A DNA stretch of 64,000 nt from Candidatus Undivivens industriae (GCA_012514745.1 JAAYZR010000031.1:1371-65370), one strand, 5' to 3'. Shown: positions 40,854-50,722, numbered from the stretch's first letter. Notes: generated from the letters alone by a model not told the origin. Program-made: numbers and translations.

Positions 40854-42992
40854 ATGAGTGCCGTTTTATCGGCCGCGGCCGTTTTCGCGGCCGCTCTCGT
40901 CTGTATCAAATCTTTTTCCTTATTCAGGGTTTGCGGCAGGTCCATGCTGCCTTTTTACCGCGGCGGCGACATCCTTGTCTGCGACAGGTTTTTCTTCAGG
41001 TTCACCGGTATCGGCGCGGGGTGTGTCGCTGCGGCAGTGATCGCCGGAGGCAGATACGTTTTAAAAAGGATAACGGCGGTCTCTTATTCGGGCGGCAAAC
41101 GTTTTTTCTTCCTTCGAGGCGACAATCACGCGGAAAGCGCCGACAGCCGCCATTTCGGATGGATAAAAGAACAAGATATCGCCGGGCGAGTCTTGTTCGC
41201 CATCCCTCTGGGCAGGTTCCGAAGTAGTATCCGTTTTTTCTCCCGTATGACGTTATGTCACGCCTGGGGAGGCACGGCGCATATCCTGATCGCCAATATC
41301 CTCCTTGACGAGATCAGACGCTGCCCGAGGAACGCGGCCGGCGAATACGAGGTCGGGTTCCGCAATCTGCTCGACCGGCGGGCGCTTACGGGCAGGATGC
41401 GGCGCAACATTTTTCGCGCCGTCACCGGCAACCCGGAATATTTCCGCGCCGGGGCGGTAGGCCCGGATTTTGCCCCGGATTTTCCTTCCTGCATGACCCC
41501 TACCCATGAATTCGAGAACTTCGATCCGGAGTCAGGGGACGATTACAGGAGCCATTACGCCTGCCTCTATCAGATGCTCGCAGATATGTGCCGCGCGGAA
41601 TGGAGAAACTATTCCGGCAATGATGACCATTGCGACGAGATGAAACAACTCGCTTATTGGGCCGGTTGGCTGACGCACTGCGCCTCCGACGTTTACGGAC
41701 ATCATTGGGTGGGCAAGCTCGCCGGCGGGGACTTCCTCACTTTTTTCCCCCGGTCCGTCCGAATAGCCGAGATAATCCGCAAACATATAGCGGTCGAACA
41801 TTATATCAATATATACATCAGGAACAGGAAGTTCATTTACGGCGGCATCGATATCGACGATATAATGGATGAAAAGGGCGTAAGGCTTCCGTATTCCTAT
41901 CTGAGGGACACTTTCTACAATAACGCTTCCGGTCCGTTCCTGCACCTGCGGGGGTTCCCGATCATCTCCGTCCTGCCGAGGCTGCCGATCGAACTTATGT
42001 CTTATCTGTACCGTCTGGCGGATTGGCATGAAACGAGGCGGGCGGAGGCCGCCGGCAGATACGACGACGCTTTCTATCTCAGCCCGTCGCGGCAATTATG
42101 GAGACTGGTGCGCAACTGGCACAGCTCCCGCAGGGACGAGACCCGCAGGCTGATGGACAAATATCTTGATTGCGGGATGAAAGCCGGCAAGATCGGCACA
42201 GAGGGCGGCTTTATGTCCATGATCGGAGCGCTCTGCAAATACGACGATTTCTTCTCCGCGTTAAAGGACTACATAAATCCGCTCGATAACCTTGGGGACG
42301 CGGTCCTGGGCGGGGCATTTTCCAAACTCAAGGGCCTTGTGGAGAGTATCTTTGGGACCCTGCAGGATTTCTTCTCCAAGATGATTTTGGATGACGCGGC
42401 GGAATTTTTTCGGGACGTTTCCGATTTCCTTGCCGGTGCGCAGGATAATATACTTAATAATACCGTCGGCAGGATGCTGCCGGAAGACGTTTATCGTTAC
42501 CTTAAGGACAGTCCGGCCGGGCTCTTGCCGGACGATTTGTCCGCGCTGCGCGATACCCTGCCTTTCAACGGGGAAGATATCGATCTTTTCAATTTCCCCG
42601 CTTTTTATAATTCTTGTGTCCTGGCTAAACGTCTGCTGTGTTTCAGCGATAACGAGATCTGCGATTACCGGATGCTGAGAGAAGTGGACAACATCGACTG
42701 CCGGGATCAGTATCCGGATACGGGCTATGCCGCGCGGGACATCCTTAACGGCGCCATTCCGCCGGGCAGCGATTACTACAGGTATTTCCGCCAGATGGAG
42801 AACATATTCATCGCGCCCAAGACTTACGTTGGCAACCGCAGGACGCTCGAACTGCATTTGGATAACTGCGTTTTCGCGCGCGCCATGCTTTCATCCAACA
42901 GGGTGTTGTTTAACGACGTGCAGACGGCGTTGAACGCCGGATATAACGGGTGCGCGCACTGCCTGCTGGAATACGACACTGATCTGGCGTGA
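40854..42992 (+). CDS. three-part fusion protein: signal peptidase I (S26)-like N-terminal domain + zinc-dependent phospholipase C/P1-nuclease-like domain + C-terminal Ada-type Zn-finger-like CxxC motif
   Basis: S26 boxes GRSMLPF (Ser), YVLKRITAV (Lys), GDNHAESADSRHFG in the first 120 aa. Then W..H...A / D..P..H / THCASDVYGHHW His/Asp clusters resembling the PLC/P1-nuclease Zn site. Terminal GYNGCAHC resembles the Ada metal-binding domain motif. The ORF is uninterrupted for 712 aa. Confidence 0.5.
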   Translation: MSAVLSAAAVFAAALVCIKSFSLFRVCGRSMLPFYRGGDILVCDRFFFRFTGIGAGCVAAAVIAGGRYVLKRITAVSYSGGKRFFFLRGDNHAESADSRHFGWIKEQDIAGRVLFAIPLGRFRSSIRFFSRMTLCHAWGGTAHILIANILLDEIRRCPRNAAGEYEVGFRNLLDRRALTGRMRRNIFRAVTGNPEYFRAGAVGPDFAPDFPSCMTPTHEFENFDPESGDDYRSHYACLYQMLADMCRAEWRNYSGNDDHCDEMKQLAYWAGWLTHCASDVYGHHWVGKLAGGDFLTFFPRSVRIAEIIRKHIAVEHYINIYIRNRKFIYGGIDIDDIMDEKGVRLPYSYLRDTFYNNASGPFLHLRGFPIISVLPRLPIELMSYLYRLADWHETRRAEAAGRYDDAFYLSPSRQLWRLVRNWHSSRRDETRRLMDKYLDCGMKAGKIGTEGGFMSMIGALCKYDDFFSALKDYINPLDNLGDAVLGGAFSKLKGLVESIFGTLQDFFSKMILDDAAEFFRDVSDFLAGAQDNILNNTVGRMLPEDVYRYLKDSPAGLLPDDLSALRDTLPFNGEDIDLFNFPAFYNSCVLAKRLLCFSDNEICDYRMLREVDNIDCRDQYPDTGYAARDILNGAIPPGSDYYRYFRQMENIFIAPKTYVGNRRTLELHLDNCVFARAMLSSNRVLFNDVQTALNAGYNGCAHCLLEYDTDLA

Positions 42993-43011
42993 CCGGGAGA
43001 CCTAAAGAAAA

Positions 43012-43836
43012 ATGAGCGAAACCGTTTTCGATGAGCATAGCGGTATCGTGTACCGCAGATGGTCGGCCGCGGAGCCGCGCGCGGCGCTTTTGCTGGTACA
43101 CGGGCTGGGATCTTACGGCGGCAGGTGGAGTTTTCTTGCGGAGTTCTTGCTGAAAGAGGGTATCTCTTCTTATGCCATAGACCTGCGCGGTTTCGGCGAG
43201 ACGCCCGGACTTAAAGGCCACGTCGATTCTTTCGGCGTTTATTACGAAGACATAAAGAGTTTGCGCGCTATCATCGCCAGGGACTGCCCGGGGAGGAAGA
43301 TATTCCTCTGCGGCGAGAGCATGGGCGGGCTGATCTCTTTCACGGCCGCCTGCCTGGCTCCCGGCCTGTTCGACGGGCTGATCTGTCTGGCCCCGTCTTT
43401 CAGAAACAGGTTGAGGGTGAAATATACGGATTACCTGAGAATGTTTTTCTTCCGCGTGTTCGCCCCGCGCAAACAGATGCTCCTGCCTTTTACCGCGCAG
43501 ATGTGCACGCGCGACTCCGCTTATCAGCAGGTGATGGAGTCCGACAAACGCGAGATCAAGGTGGCCACCCCGGTGCTTTTGACCAATATACTGCTTGCCG
43601 AGGCGCGCGCGGGCGCGTTCAGTGCTCAACTTTCCTGCCCGGTCCTTTTTCAGGTCCCGCTCGACCTGGATAATTTCGTCGACCCGGAAGGGACTAGAAA
43701 TATATTCCGCGCTCTGCGCATCCCGGACAAGAGAATCATTTTTTATCCGTTGATGCTGCATTCTCTTTCCGTTGACCTGGGCAGGGAAGAGGTGTTTAAC
43801 GATATTCTGGATTGGCTCAATGGGAGGATAAGATGA
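43012..43836 (+). CDS. alpha/beta hydrolase (lysophospholipase / monoacylglycerol lipase-like)
   Basis: HGLGSYGGRW oxyanion region, GESMGG nucleophile elbow, and a length and pattern typical of lysophospholipase L2/MGL. Confidence 0.7.
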   Translation: MSETVFDEHSGIVYRRWSAAEPRAALLLVHGLGSYGGRWSFLAEFLLKEGISSYAIDLRGFGETPGLKGHVDSFGVYYEDIKSLRAIIARDCPGRKIFLCGESMGGLISFTAACLAPGLFDGLICLAPSFRNRLRVKYTDYLRMFFFRVFAPRKQMLLPFTAQMCTRDSAYQQVMESDKREIKVATPVLLTNILLAEARAGAFSAQLSCPVLFQVPLDLDNFVDPEGTRNIFRALRIPDKRIIFYPLMLHSLSVDLGREEVFNDILDWLNGRIR

Positions 43837-45314
43837 GATATGTTCTGGCCGTCGACCAGGGGACAACCGGAAGCCGCGCGGTATTATACGACAAAAACGG
43901 CCGCAGGAAAGCCTCGGCTTACGAGGAGTTCAGGCAGTATTTCCCGCGCCCCGGCTGGGTGGAACACGACCCGCTGGAGATCTGGCGCAGCGTGGATAAT
44001 TCCATACAGAAGGTTCTTAAACAGGCGCCGGGCGCTGAGATCGCGGCGGTCGGCATCACCAATCAGCGCGAGACCACCGTCGTCTGGGACAGGGAAACCG
44101 GAAGGCCGGTGTATAACGCCATAGTTTGGCAGTGCCGGCGCACGGCGCGGCGCTGCCGGGAGTTGAAGAAGCGCGGAGGCGCCGAGCAGTTCTTTTCGGG
44201 GAGGACCGGCCTGCCTATAGATGCTTATTTCTCAGCCAGCAAGATCGAATGGATACTGAAGAATGTCCCCGGGGCTTCGGCTAAAGCCGGGAAAGGAAGG
44301 CTGTTTTTCGGCACCACCGACAGCTGGGTGCTTTGGAAACTCAGCTCCGGAGGCGCGCACGCTACGGATTTTACCAACGCCTCGCGCACCATGCTTTTTA
44401 ACATAGAAAAGATGAAATGGGACGACGATATATTGAAGGAATTCGGCATACCGCTCGCGCTCCTGCCGGAGGTGAGGCGGTCGAGCGGTGAATTCGCGCG
44501 CACTGCCCGCCGCGGCAGGCTGGCCTCCGGCATACCGGTTTGCGGCATCGCCGGCGACCAGCAGGCCGCTCTGTTCGGACAGGCGTGTTTCAGACCGGGA
44601 ACTCTCAAGAACACTTATGGAACCGGATGTTTTATGCTCTTGAACGCCGGTAAGAATAGGCCGGTATCGAAACACGGTTTGATCACCACCCTGGCCTGCG
44701 GGGAGGACGGCGGCCCGGTCTACGCCCTGGAAGGAGCGGTTTTTATCGCCGGAGCGGCGATACAATGGCTGCGCGACGGCTTAAAGCTGTTGAAGTCTTC
44801 GTCTGAGTCGGAAGGGATGGCGCGGTCGCTGAAAGATAATCAGGGGGTATATTTCGTCCCGGCCCTGACCGGCCTGGGGGCCCCTTATTGGGATCCGGAT
44901 GCCAGAGGCGCGGTTTACGGGATAACCCGCGGCACAAAGGCGCAGCATCTGGCCAGGGCGGCGCTGGAAGCGATATGCTATCAGAGCAAAGACGTCCTCT
45001 CGGCGATACAGAAGGATTCCGGATTCAAGATCAAGAGCCTGAAGGTGGACGGCGGCGCCGCCGCCAACGATTTTCTCTGCCGGTTCCAGGCGGACATACT
45101 GGGTATCGAGGTGATCAGACCTAAAGTAATAGAGAGCACTTCTCTGGGGGCCGCCTATCTGGCCGGGCTTGCCTGCGGCTACTGGAAAAGCACTGCTGAG
45201 ATTGAAAGACATTGGGAGAGGGACAAGGTATTCAAGCCGCGTATGGAAAGGCGCGAGGCGGCGGCTTACTACAAGGGATGGCTTGACGCGGTGCGAAGGA
45301 CGCTTACCAGATGA
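43833..45314 (+). CDS. glpK: glycerol kinase
   Basis: MRYVLAVDQGTTGSRAVLYD...WVEHDPLEIW...ITNQRETTVVWD and the full FGGY fold. ATGA overlap with the hydrolase. Confidence 0.9.
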   Translation: MRYVLAVDQGTTGSRAVLYDKNGRRKASAYEEFRQYFPRPGWVEHDPLEIWRSVDNSIQKVLKQAPGAEIAAVGITNQRETTVVWDRETGRPVYNAIVWQCRRTARRCRELKKRGGAEQFFSGRTGLPIDAYFSASKIEWILKNVPGASAKAGKGRLFFGTTDSWVLWKLSSGGAHATDFTNASRTMLFNIEKMKWDDDILKEFGIPLALLPEVRRSSGEFARTARRGRLASGIPVCGIAGDQQAALFGQACFRPGTLKNTYGTGCFMLLNAGKNRPVSKHGLITTLACGEDGGPVYALEGAVFIAGAAIQWLRDGLKLLKSSSESEGMARSLKDNQGVYFVPALTGLGAPYWDPDARGAVYGITRGTKAQHLARAALEAICYQSKDVLSAIQKDSGFKIKSLKVDGGAAANDFLCRFQADILGIEVIRPKVIESTSLGAAYLAGLACGYWKSTAEIERHWERDKVFKPRMERREAAAYYKGWLDAVRRTLTR

Positions 45315-46744
45315 AGGCATACGATGTAATAATTATCGGAGCAGGTGTGACCGGCGCGGCGATCGCAAGGGAGCTGTCGCGCTATAAACTTCGTATAGCC
45401 GTCCTGGAAAAAGAAGAGGAATACGCTTTCGGCGTCTCCAAATCCAATTCCGGGATAATTCATCCCGGCACGCAGAATTTCCCCGGTTCTCTGAAGGGCA
45501 GGCTCTGCGCGCAGGGAAACCGCCTGGTGAGGAAGATAGCGCGCGAACTCGGAGTGGATTTCAAACAAACCGGCGAATTGATCGTCGCTTTCAACGGGGA
45601 AGAAGCCGGGCGCCTGCGGGAGTTGAAGCGAGAAGCCGAGATGCTCGGCGTGCCGGGCCTGCGTATCCTGGATAAACGCCGGCTTGCCGAAAAAGAGCCT
45701 AATCTCTCTCCGGAAGCGGTTGCCGCTCTCTACGCGCCCACCGCCGGTATCATCAGCCCTTACCGGCTGGTTTATGATCTCTGCGAGAACGCGCTTAAGA
45801 ACGGAGTTGAGATACATACCGGCTGCGGAGTGAAGGCTGTCGGTACCGCCGGCGGCGGATTCTCGGTTCTTACCGTCAAAGGCGAGTTCCGTTCCCGGTT
45901 CCTGGTCAACGCCGCGGGCCTTTTTGCCGACGACGTCGCCGCCATGTGCGGGATAAACGATTTCCGGATCACCCCGCGCAAAGGCGAAGAGTTCATCCTG
46001 GACAAAAAACTGGAGAATATCTCCAGGCATCTTTTGTTCCCTCTTCCCAACAAGATCTCCAAAGGCGTGCTGGTGATCAAGACCGCCGACGGCAACCCGA
46101 TGATCGGCCCCACGGCTCAAGATGCCGCCGACAAGGAAGACCTGGGCACCAGTGATGCCGGCCTTAAAGAGGCCCTGGCCGGGGCGCGCCGGCTGATACC
46201 TTCCATAGATGAAAAAGATATCATTGCCTATTTCGCCGGGCTGCGTCCGGCGGCGGGAGACGATTTCATCATCCGCCGGGAGGAGAAAGTCCCCGGGTTG
46301 ATTACCGTCGCAGGCATACAGTCGCCCGGCCTGACCGCGGCGCCGGCAGCGGCGTTGATGGTTCGTGGGCTTTTGAGAGATTGCGGGTTGGTCTTGAAGA
46401 AGAAATTATTTTTCCGCCCGCGGCAGTCGGAGATCCCGCATTTGTTTTCTCTTGCGTTGAAGCCGGCGGAACGTCTGGTAAAGAAGGACCCGGCTTACGG
46501 GGATATCGTGTGCCGCTGCGAGATGGTTTCGGCCAAAGAGGTGAGGGATGCCGTCAGGCGAGGCGCCTGCACCATGGACGGGATAAAATTCCGCACGCGC
46601 GCGCAGGCCGGCCGCTGCCACGGGAGTTTCTGCACCGCCAGGATCATGCGCATACTCGCGCAAGAGCGTAAACTTCCGCTTACCGGAGTGAGCAAGCGGG
46701 GAAAAGGTTCGGAACTGGTAAAGAAGGACAGGGCTGATGTCTGA
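45311..46744 (+). CDS. glpA: FAD-dependent glycerol-3-phosphate dehydrogenase (GlpA-like) with C-terminal BFD-type [2Fe-2S] domain
   Basis: YDVIIIGAGVTGAAIAREL FAD fold. C-terminal CRCEMVSAKEV...GACTMDGIKFRTRAQAGRCHGSFC. Confidence 0.8.
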   Translation: MKAYDVIIIGAGVTGAAIARELSRYKLRIAVLEKEEEYAFGVSKSNSGIIHPGTQNFPGSLKGRLCAQGNRLVRKIARELGVDFKQTGELIVAFNGEEAGRLRELKREAEMLGVPGLRILDKRRLAEKEPNLSPEAVAALYAPTAGIISPYRLVYDLCENALKNGVEIHTGCGVKAVGTAGGGFSVLTVKGEFRSRFLVNAAGLFADDVAAMCGINDFRITPRKGEEFILDKKLENISRHLLFPLPNKISKGVLVIKTADGNPMIGPTAQDAADKEDLGTSDAGLKEALAGARRLIPSIDEKDIIAYFAGLRPAAGDDFIIRREEKVPGLITVAGIQSPGLTAAPAAALMVRGLLRDCGLVLKKKLFFRPRQSEIPHLFSLALKPAERLVKKDPAYGDIVCRCEMVSAKEVRDAVRRGACTMDGIKFRTRAQAGRCHGSFCTARIMRILAQERKLPLTGVSKRGKGSELVKKDRADV

Positions 46745-47729
46745 ACGCGACTTGGTGATAGTCGGCGGCGGGCCGGCGGGAATGGCCGCGGCGCTTTCCG
46801 CCTATGAGCACGGCGTCAGGGATATTCTGCTGTTGGAACGCGACCAGTATCTCGGCGGCATACTCAACCAGTGCATACATACCGGTTTCGGGTTGAACTA
46901 TTTCAAGGAGTCGCTCACCGGTCCGGAATACGCGCTGCGTTTCGCGCGCAGGATAACGGATATAAAGGGAATAGATGTGAGTCTTAAATCTTTCGCGGTC
47001 AGGCTCACGCCGGACAAGATACTGACTTATCTGAAACCGGGAAGGGTGGAAAGGGTGAAGGCAAAAGCCCTGATCATGGCCACCGGCTGCCGGGAAAAGA
47101 CCAGGGAAATGGTGCATATAGCCGGTACCCGGCCGGCGGGTATTTTTTCAGCCGGTCTGGCGCAGAAATTGATCAATATAGAGGGTCTGCTTCCCGGGAA
47201 AGAGGCGGTGATTCTGGGTTCCGGAGATATCGGCCTGATAATGGCGCGGCGTTTTATCCTGGAAGGCGCGAAGGTAAAAGGCGTCGTCGAGATCAGGGAG
47301 CAAAGCCGGGGTCTTACCCGTAACGTCGTGCAGTGTCTTGAGGATTTCGATATACCTCTCTATCTGCGGCACAAGATCTCCCGCGTGCGCGGCAGGGATC
47401 GCGTGGAGGCGGTGGATGTGGCGCGGGTGGATGATCGCATGGAGGAAGTCCCGGGTTCGCAGTTCACCCTGGGATGCGATACCCTTCTGGTATCCGTGGG
47501 GCTGATACCGGAGAACGAGTTGATAGAAATGGCCGGGGTGCCGCTGGACAAGAAAACAAATTCTCCACTTTCCGAAGGGTTGAATAAAACCCCGGTCCCC
47601 GGGTTATTCGTCTGCGGCAACGCCTTTAAAGTGTACGACCTGGCGGATTCCGTCTCCGCGGACAGCCTTGAAGCCGGACGCATGGCCGCGGTATATTTGA
47701 AGCGGAAAGGCGCGAAGGCGGGACAATGA
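46737..47729 (+). CDS. NAD(P)/FAD-dependent pyridine-nucleotide-disulfide-family oxidoreductase, partner subunit of the GlpA-like enzyme
   Basis: LVIVGGGPAGMAAA and AVILGSGDIGL dinucleotide folds. Conserved three-gene arrangement with DUF1667. Confidence 0.7.
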   Translation: MSERDLVIVGGGPAGMAAALSAYEHGVRDILLLERDQYLGGILNQCIHTGFGLNYFKESLTGPEYALRFARRITDIKGIDVSLKSFAVRLTPDKILTYLKPGRVERVKAKALIMATGCREKTREMVHIAGTRPAGIFSAGLAQKLINIEGLLPGKEAVILGSGDIGLIMARRFILEGAKVKGVVEIREQSRGLTRNVVQCLEDFDIPLYLRHKISRVRGRDRVEAVDVARVDDRMEEVPGSQFTLGCDTLLVSVGLIPENELIEMAGVPLDKKTNSPLSEGLNKTPVPGLFVCGNAFKVYDLADSVSADSLEAGRMAAVYLKRKGAKAGQ

Positions 47730-47751
47730 AAGAGGAAGGGCGATAAGTTTT

Positions 47752-48120
47752 ATGTTAAAGAAATTCGTTTGCATAGAATGTCCGCGGGGATGCCTGCTGG
47801 AGGCTGAGATCGAGAACGGCAGAATGGTAAAGGTCAACGGCAATAAATGCCCCAGGGGAGAGGATTATGCCCGCGGCGAGATAGAAAATCCGGCCCGCGT
47901 CCTGACATCGACTATACCGGCGGAAGGGCTCCGGTTAAGGATGGTCCCCGTCAGGACAAACCGGCCGATAGCGAAATCCAGGATGCTTGAGGCCGCGGCG
48001 GAGATCAGGAAGTTAAAGGCGGACAGGCCGGTGCGCGCGGGGGAGGTGATCGCGGAAAATTTTCTGGGCCTGGGGGCTGATCTGGTGGCGACGAGGGACG
48101 TGCCGGGGGATACTGCATAG
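47752..48120 (+). CDS. DUF1667 domain protein (third component of the anaerobic G3P dehydrogenase-like complex)
   Basis: FVCIECPRGCLLEAE...NKCPRGEDYA. Confidence 0.7.
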   Translation: MLKKFVCIECPRGCLLEAEIENGRMVKVNGNKCPRGEDYARGEIENPARVLTSTIPAEGLRLRMVPVRTNRPIAKSRMLEAAAEIRKLKADRPVRAGEVIAENFLGLGADLVATRDVPGDTA

Positions 48121-48154
48121 CCCGTTATCTACAGTTCTCGGAATAATACCCTGT

Positions 48155-49360
48155 GTGAAGATGAAGGAAGAAAAAGAACGTTACATAGTGCATGTGGATA
48201 TGGACGCTTTCTTCGCCGCGGTGGAACAACGGGACAACCCGGAATACCGCGGCAGGCCGGTGGTAGTCGGCGCCGACCCTAAGGCAGGAGTGGGCCGCGG
48301 CGTGGTATCGACCTGTTCCTACGAGGCGCGCAGGTACGGCCTGCGTTCCGCTATGCCGATCTCGCAGGCCTATCGAAAATGCCCGCAGGCGGTGTTCCTT
48401 CCGGTGGATATGGAGAAATACAGCCTGGTTTCGGAGAAAGTGCTCTCCATTCTGAATTCCTTTTCCCCTCTGGTGGAGCAGGTCAGCATAGACGAAGCGT
48501 TCCTTGACATAAGTTCCAGCTATAAACTGCACGGCACTCCTTATCTGGCTTGCTCAGCGATGAAAAAACGGATAAAGGAGGAGACCGGCCTTACCGCTTC
48601 AGTGGGGCTCGCGCCGAATAAAATGGCCGCCAAGATAGCTTCGGATCTTTGCAAACCCGACGGGCTGTTGGAAGTTACGGCTCCCGGATTGCGCGAGTTC
48701 CTCGATCCTCTGGATGTGGGGCTGTTGTGGGGAGTCGGAGAAAAGACCAGATCATCGCTCAACGCCCTGGGTATCCGCACTATCGGCGAGCTCGGCCGCA
48801 AAACGCGGCAGGAATTAACCGGGCTTTTCGGCAGAAGCGGAGTTTGGTTCTGGGAGGCCGGACGCGGGATGGACGACAGCGAGGTCGTCCCCGAACGCGA
48901 GGCCAAGTCTGTCGGTAACGAAAGCACTTTCGAAGAGGATACCGGGGACAGGAAAACCGTGGAAGGCGAACTTTTCCGGCTTTGCGAACTTGTCTCCGAC
49001 AGGATGAGGGAAAAAGGCGTGAAAGGCAGGACCGTGACCTTGAAGATACGGCTGGAAGGGTTTCTGACTTATACCCGCTCCAAGACTCTGTCCGAGCCGA
49101 CCAATTTCACTGAAGACTTGATCAGAGCGGCAAGATATTTATTCGGAGGATTTTCCTGCCGGGGGAAGAAGATCAGGCTCGTGGGCGTCAAGGCCTCCAA
49201 TCTTTCGGAAGCGGATGAACCCTTGCTCTTCGAGCCGGAAGGCGGGCAGAAACGGGAAAAGGCGCACAAGGCAGTCGACAGAATAAAGAAAAAGTTTGGC
49301 AGGGAGTGTATTTCTCAGGCGTCCGGTGCAGTCCTGGAGAAACGCAGATTTTCCACGTAA
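48155..49360 (+). CDS. dinB: DNA polymerase IV
   Basis: IVHVDMDAFFAAVEQRDNP...PVVVG, SIDEAFLDI and GLAPNKMAAKIASDLCKPDG motifs. Confidence 0.9.
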   Translation: MKMKEEKERYIVHVDMDAFFAAVEQRDNPEYRGRPVVVGADPKAGVGRGVVSTCSYEARRYGLRSAMPISQAYRKCPQAVFLPVDMEKYSLVSEKVLSILNSFSPLVEQVSIDEAFLDISSSYKLHGTPYLACSAMKKRIKEETGLTASVGLAPNKMAAKIASDLCKPDGLLEVTAPGLREFLDPLDVGLLWGVGEKTRSSLNALGIRTIGELGRKTRQELTGLFGRSGVWFWEAGRGMDDSEVVPEREAKSVGNESTFEEDTGDRKTVEGELFRLCELVSDRMREKGVKGRTVTLKIRLEGFLTYTRSKTLSEPTNFTEDLIRAARYLFGGFSCRGKKIRLVGVKASNLSEADEPLLFEPEGGQKREKAHKAVDRIKKKFGRECISQASGAVLEKRRFST

Positions 49361-50619
49361 AAATATGTTGCCGCGAAGATCACAACCTCTATGATAGCGG
49401 TGGCCAGCGCGGCCCCGGTGTAGGAAAAGGCGTTTATCAGCAGGAATATCAGCGGCAGTCCGAAGAGCGCGGTTGTCACGTGTATCCGCGAATAGAGGCC
49501 GGTCCTGCCGCAGACCAGCAGGAATTGTATCCTGAAGGCGTTGGCCGCCACGAAGAAAACGGCGATAAGAAGCAGTCTCAGCGACAATACCGTCTCGTCG
49601 TCCGCCCTGCCGCAGGCTATCTCCGTCAGCGGCCGAGCGAAAAAGAATATCAACGGCAGGCAGATCAGCGATATGAGCGTGGTGATCAGCTGTATCCTTT
49701 TCATCAGAAGGAACGCCTTCATCCTGTTTTTGTGAAATATCCTGCTTAAGCGCGGGAAGATCGCCTGGGAGAATGAGTAGAGCGGGAACGTCTGCACGGC
49801 ATTGGCTATTTTTTCCGCCATCGAGTAGAATCCCGTGGCGGTGTTGTTGGTCAGTAGTCCGACCGCGAATACCCTGGTCGTGGTGTAAGCGTTTATGGCG
49901 ACATTGGAGATGAAAATATCCCATCCGGCTTGGAGCTGCGAGCGGATGTCCGCGTACCCGGGAAACTTGAAGGAAACCCCGAATTTCCTGAATACTATGT
50001 AAAGCCCCAGCACACCGGTTATCATCATTACCCCCGAATTTATCAGCGGCACCAGCAGATAGTCCTGCGGCGTCTTCACGCAGGTGAAGATAAGCAGAGC
50101 CAGTATAACTCCCGCCAGTATGTTCAGGTCGGCTATGTGCCGCATTTTTTCCGTCCCCTGGAAGAACCAGACCGGGAAAAGGGTGTTGCCCGCCACCGCG
50201 CCGAAGCTCAGCAGGTAAACCGGCCAGTCCCGTCTGAATTTAGGCACGAAATATACGAGCAATCCCAGGGCCAGCAGGCTCAAAACCGCCAGGAGTATCT
50301 TGACCGTTATCACGGAGGAGAATACGCAGGAGACCTTGCGGCGTTCTTCCCTGCAGAGGGATATCTCTTTTGTAGCGGATATACCGAAACCGTAGTCGGT
50401 GATGATGGCGAAATACTGCACGAAGGCCTGGGCGAAAGCGATCAGTCCGAATTTTTCCGGGCCTATTATCCGGAAAAGATAAGGCATTATTATCACCGGT
50501 AGGACATAGGTGATAGCCTGCAGAGAGGTGAGGGAGGCGACATTGCCCATGACCACCCTGCGTTCAGCCGGGTGGGCCATTCTGAAAGTCTTTTTTATCA
50601 GTTTAATCAGGTAAGGCAT
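49315..50619 (-). CDS. MOP-superfamily polysaccharide/oligosaccharide flippase (Wzx-like)
   Basis: About 12 TM helices and a flippase-like profile. Its 3' end overlaps the 3' end of dinB by about 46 nt (convergent). Confidence 0.65.
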   Translation of the reverse strand: MPYLIKLIKKTFRMAHPAERRVVMGNVASLTSLQAITYVLPVIIMPYLFRIIGPEKFGLIAFAQAFVQYFAIITDYGFGISATKEISLCREERRKVSCVFSSVITVKILLAVLSLLALGLLVYFVPKFRRDWPVYLLSFGAVAGNTLFPVWFFQGTEKMRHIADLNILAGVILALLIFTCVKTPQDYLLVPLINSGVMMITGVLGLYIVFRKFGVSFKFPGYADIRSQLQAGWDIFISNVAINAYTTTRVFAVGLLTNNTATGFYSMAEKIANAVQTFPLYSFSQAIFPRLSRIFHKNRMKAFLLMKRIQLITTLISLICLPLIFFFARPLTEIACGRADDETVLSLRLLLIAVFFVAANAFRIQFLLVCGRTGLYSRIHVTTALFGLPLIFLLINAFSYTGAALATAIIEVVIFAATYFYVENLRFSRTAPDA

Positions 50620-50640
50620 TTTTTGTAAGTAAAAGCATTA

Positions 50641-50670
50641 CCCCGGGCTTTGATCCCGGGGAGCTTCATT
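50641..50670. repeat. CCCGG hairpin-family element (ccccgggctttgatcccggggagcttcatt)
   Basis: 7-bp perfect stem plus conserved AGCTTCATT tail. Confidence 0.55.
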
Positions 50671-50722
50671 CTACAGTCGCCCGGTTGTTTAGTCAAGTCC
50701 CCAAGTCCCCAAGTCCCCAAGT

